A stretch of 64,000 nt of DNA from Spartobacteria bacterium (lineage in GTDB: Bacteria; Verrucomicrobiota; Verrucomicrobiia; Chthoniobacterales; UBA10450): NCBI GenBank assembly GCA_003134765.1, contig PLCM01000031.1, positions 129,540 to 193,539 on the forward strand, given 5' to 3'. Of the stretch, positions 62,931-64,000 are shown one piece after another (within the stretch, counting starts at the first letter, position 1; the number at the start of each line of letters is the position of its first letter). The position numbers and the translations under genes were made by a program. The notes beneath the pieces were generated by a model. That model was not told where the DNA came from and did not search any database. It saw nothing but the letters and a program-made list of their open reading frames with translations.

Positions 62931-63769
62931 ACTGAGGCTCCTGCGAGTTCGGTTTTTTTAGCCGGCGTTGCTCCCGGCAGATGTGGGTCGAAATTAACCA
63001 GTTCAATTTCGCCATCGAAATTCTCCACCAACGCCGAGCAGGACTCCACCCAGTCGCCGCAATTGTAGTAGGTGATGGCGCCGATCTGCCGGACCCCGGC
63101 GCTATGAACGTGCCCGCAGAGCACCGCTTCAACGGCGTGGCGCTCGGCGTAACGAACGATCGCCGTCTCAAATTTTCCGATGAAATTAACCGCGTCCTTG
63201 ACCCGTTTCTTGGCGTAGGCGCTGAGCGACCAGTAGCCCAGGCCGAACCGCCGCCGCACAAAGTTAATGACCGGATTGAGCGCGAGCAAGGATTGGTAAC
63301 CAAGGTCGCCCGCGAAGGCGAGCCAGCGCGCGTTTTGGACGACCGTATCCAGCTCGTGGCCGTGAATGACCAGAATACGCCGTCCATCGGCGGTCAGGTG
63401 GATCGCGCTTTTCTGAATGGCGATGTGACCGTAGAAGCCACAGAAGGCGCCGACGAATTCATCGTGGTTCCCCGGGATGTAAACGATCCGCGTTCCTTTG
63501 CGCGCTTTGCGCAGCAATTTCTGGATGACGTCGTTATGCTGCTGCGGCCAGTAAATCCCCCGCCGCATCTGCCAGACATCAATGAGGTCGCCGACGATGT
63601 AGAGCGTCTCGACTGCGTAATCGCGGAGAAAATCGAGCAACGCCCCGGCGTTGCTGCTCCGCGTCCCGAGATGTACGTCGGAAATCCACGCCGTCCGCAG
63701 GCGCCGCGGAATGGGCGTTTTGACGATGCGAAGATTCCGAAAGCGAGGTGGTGATTCGACCGTCTCCAT
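62927..63769 (-). CDS. Metallophosphoesterase of the YbbF/LpxH (UDP-2,3-diacylglucosamine diphosphatase) family
   Basis: ISDVHLG...YIVGDLIDVW...IPGNHDEF...VIHGHELD...CGHVH. Confidence 0.8.
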   Translation of the reverse strand: METVESPPRFRNLRIVKTPIPRRLRTAWISDVHLGTRSSNAGALLDFLRDYAVETLYIVGDLIDVWQMRRGIYWPQQHNDVIQKLLRKARKGTRIVYIPGNHDEFVGAFCGFYGHIAIQKSAIHLTADGRRILVIHGHELDTVVQNARWLAFAGDLGYQSLLALNPVINFVRRRFGLGYWSLSAYAKKRVKDAVNFIGKFETAIVRYAERHAVEAVLCGHVHSAGVRQIGAITYYNCGDWVESCSALVENFDGEIELVNFDPHLPGATPAKKTELAGASV

Positions 63770-63820
63770 TTACAAACCCAAAATAGCAGGCGCGGTCTGG
63801 CAGAGACAAAGCGAGTTTTG

Positions 63821-64000
63821 TTACGTTTGTGTGGCAAACCACGCCACCGCCGTGATGAGGGCAGTGACGAGAGTCCACCCGTGCAGAATGACGTGCTCGA
63901 GGTTCGGGACAATTCCTCCTGCCCGTGCCGGGAGGAAGCTAATCGTGCCCTGATAGAGCCTGCGGTGAATCGCCTCCCAGCGATTGAGCGTATCTCCTTT
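63821..64000 (-). CDS. C-terminal fragment of an unidentified protein (5' end beyond window)
   Basis: 60 open codons ...NRWEAIHRRLYQGTISFLPARAGGIVPNLEHVILHGWTLVTALITAVAWFATQT-stop. I recognise no family. Confidence 0.3.
   Translation of the reverse strand, partial: KGDTLNRWEAIHRRLYQGTISFLPARAGGIVPNLEHVILHGWTLVTALITAVAWFATQT

Overview
GC-rich bacterial chromosomal window. The gene content and dispersed palindromic repeats look like a soil Verrucomicrobiota-type genome, but that is inference only. I can support about 60 protein genes, 2 tRNAs, 3 to 4 decayed genes and many intergenic palindromic repeat elements. I found no rRNA, CRISPR array, transposase or integrase.

Main gene blocks:
- rplK-nusG-secE-tRNA-Trp-tuf-tRNA-Thr (2.4-5.3 kb, minus strand).
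- ECF sigma factor plus anti-sigma/VWA protein (9.4-12.1 kb).
- mreB-mreC-mreD-mrdA-RNase E/G (13.2-19.8 kb, minus strand).
- rpe, a UdgX-like uracil-DNA glycosylase, crcB-GNAT-DUF190, parA, fba, glgC and glmS.
- A large phosphate island (47.3-60.5 kb): phoB-phoR-pstC-pstA-pstB-phoU, CHAD and CYTH, two phosphoesterases, pstS and arsC.

Best candidate for something undescribed: the signalling-dense locus at 30.1-41.5 kb.
- A stand-alone LanB-type protein (lantibiotic-dehydratase glutamylation domain, PEARL-like) has no RiPP cluster around it. It sits downstream of a receiver-histidine kinase hybrid.
- Divergent from it is an operon headed by a FabF-like ketosynthase. This keeps the active-site Cys but appears to have lost both catalytic His residues, and it is linked by ATGA overlaps to two sensor kinases.
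- The AT-rich control region between them carries a 9-mer direct repeat and a 24-codon Ser-rich ORF ending in Cys.

Other notable points:
- A C-terminal module of about 120 aa is shared in tandem by two secreted hydrolases and survives as stubs in two decayed genes.
- A GIY-YIG nuclease gene is bracketed by copies of a 44-nt repeat.
- Two near-identical 52-nt elements in inverted orientation flank 7.9 kb of the phosphate island.
- Several genes carry in-frame stops or frameshifts.

All functional calls come from reading the translated ORFs and recalling motifs. No database search was run.
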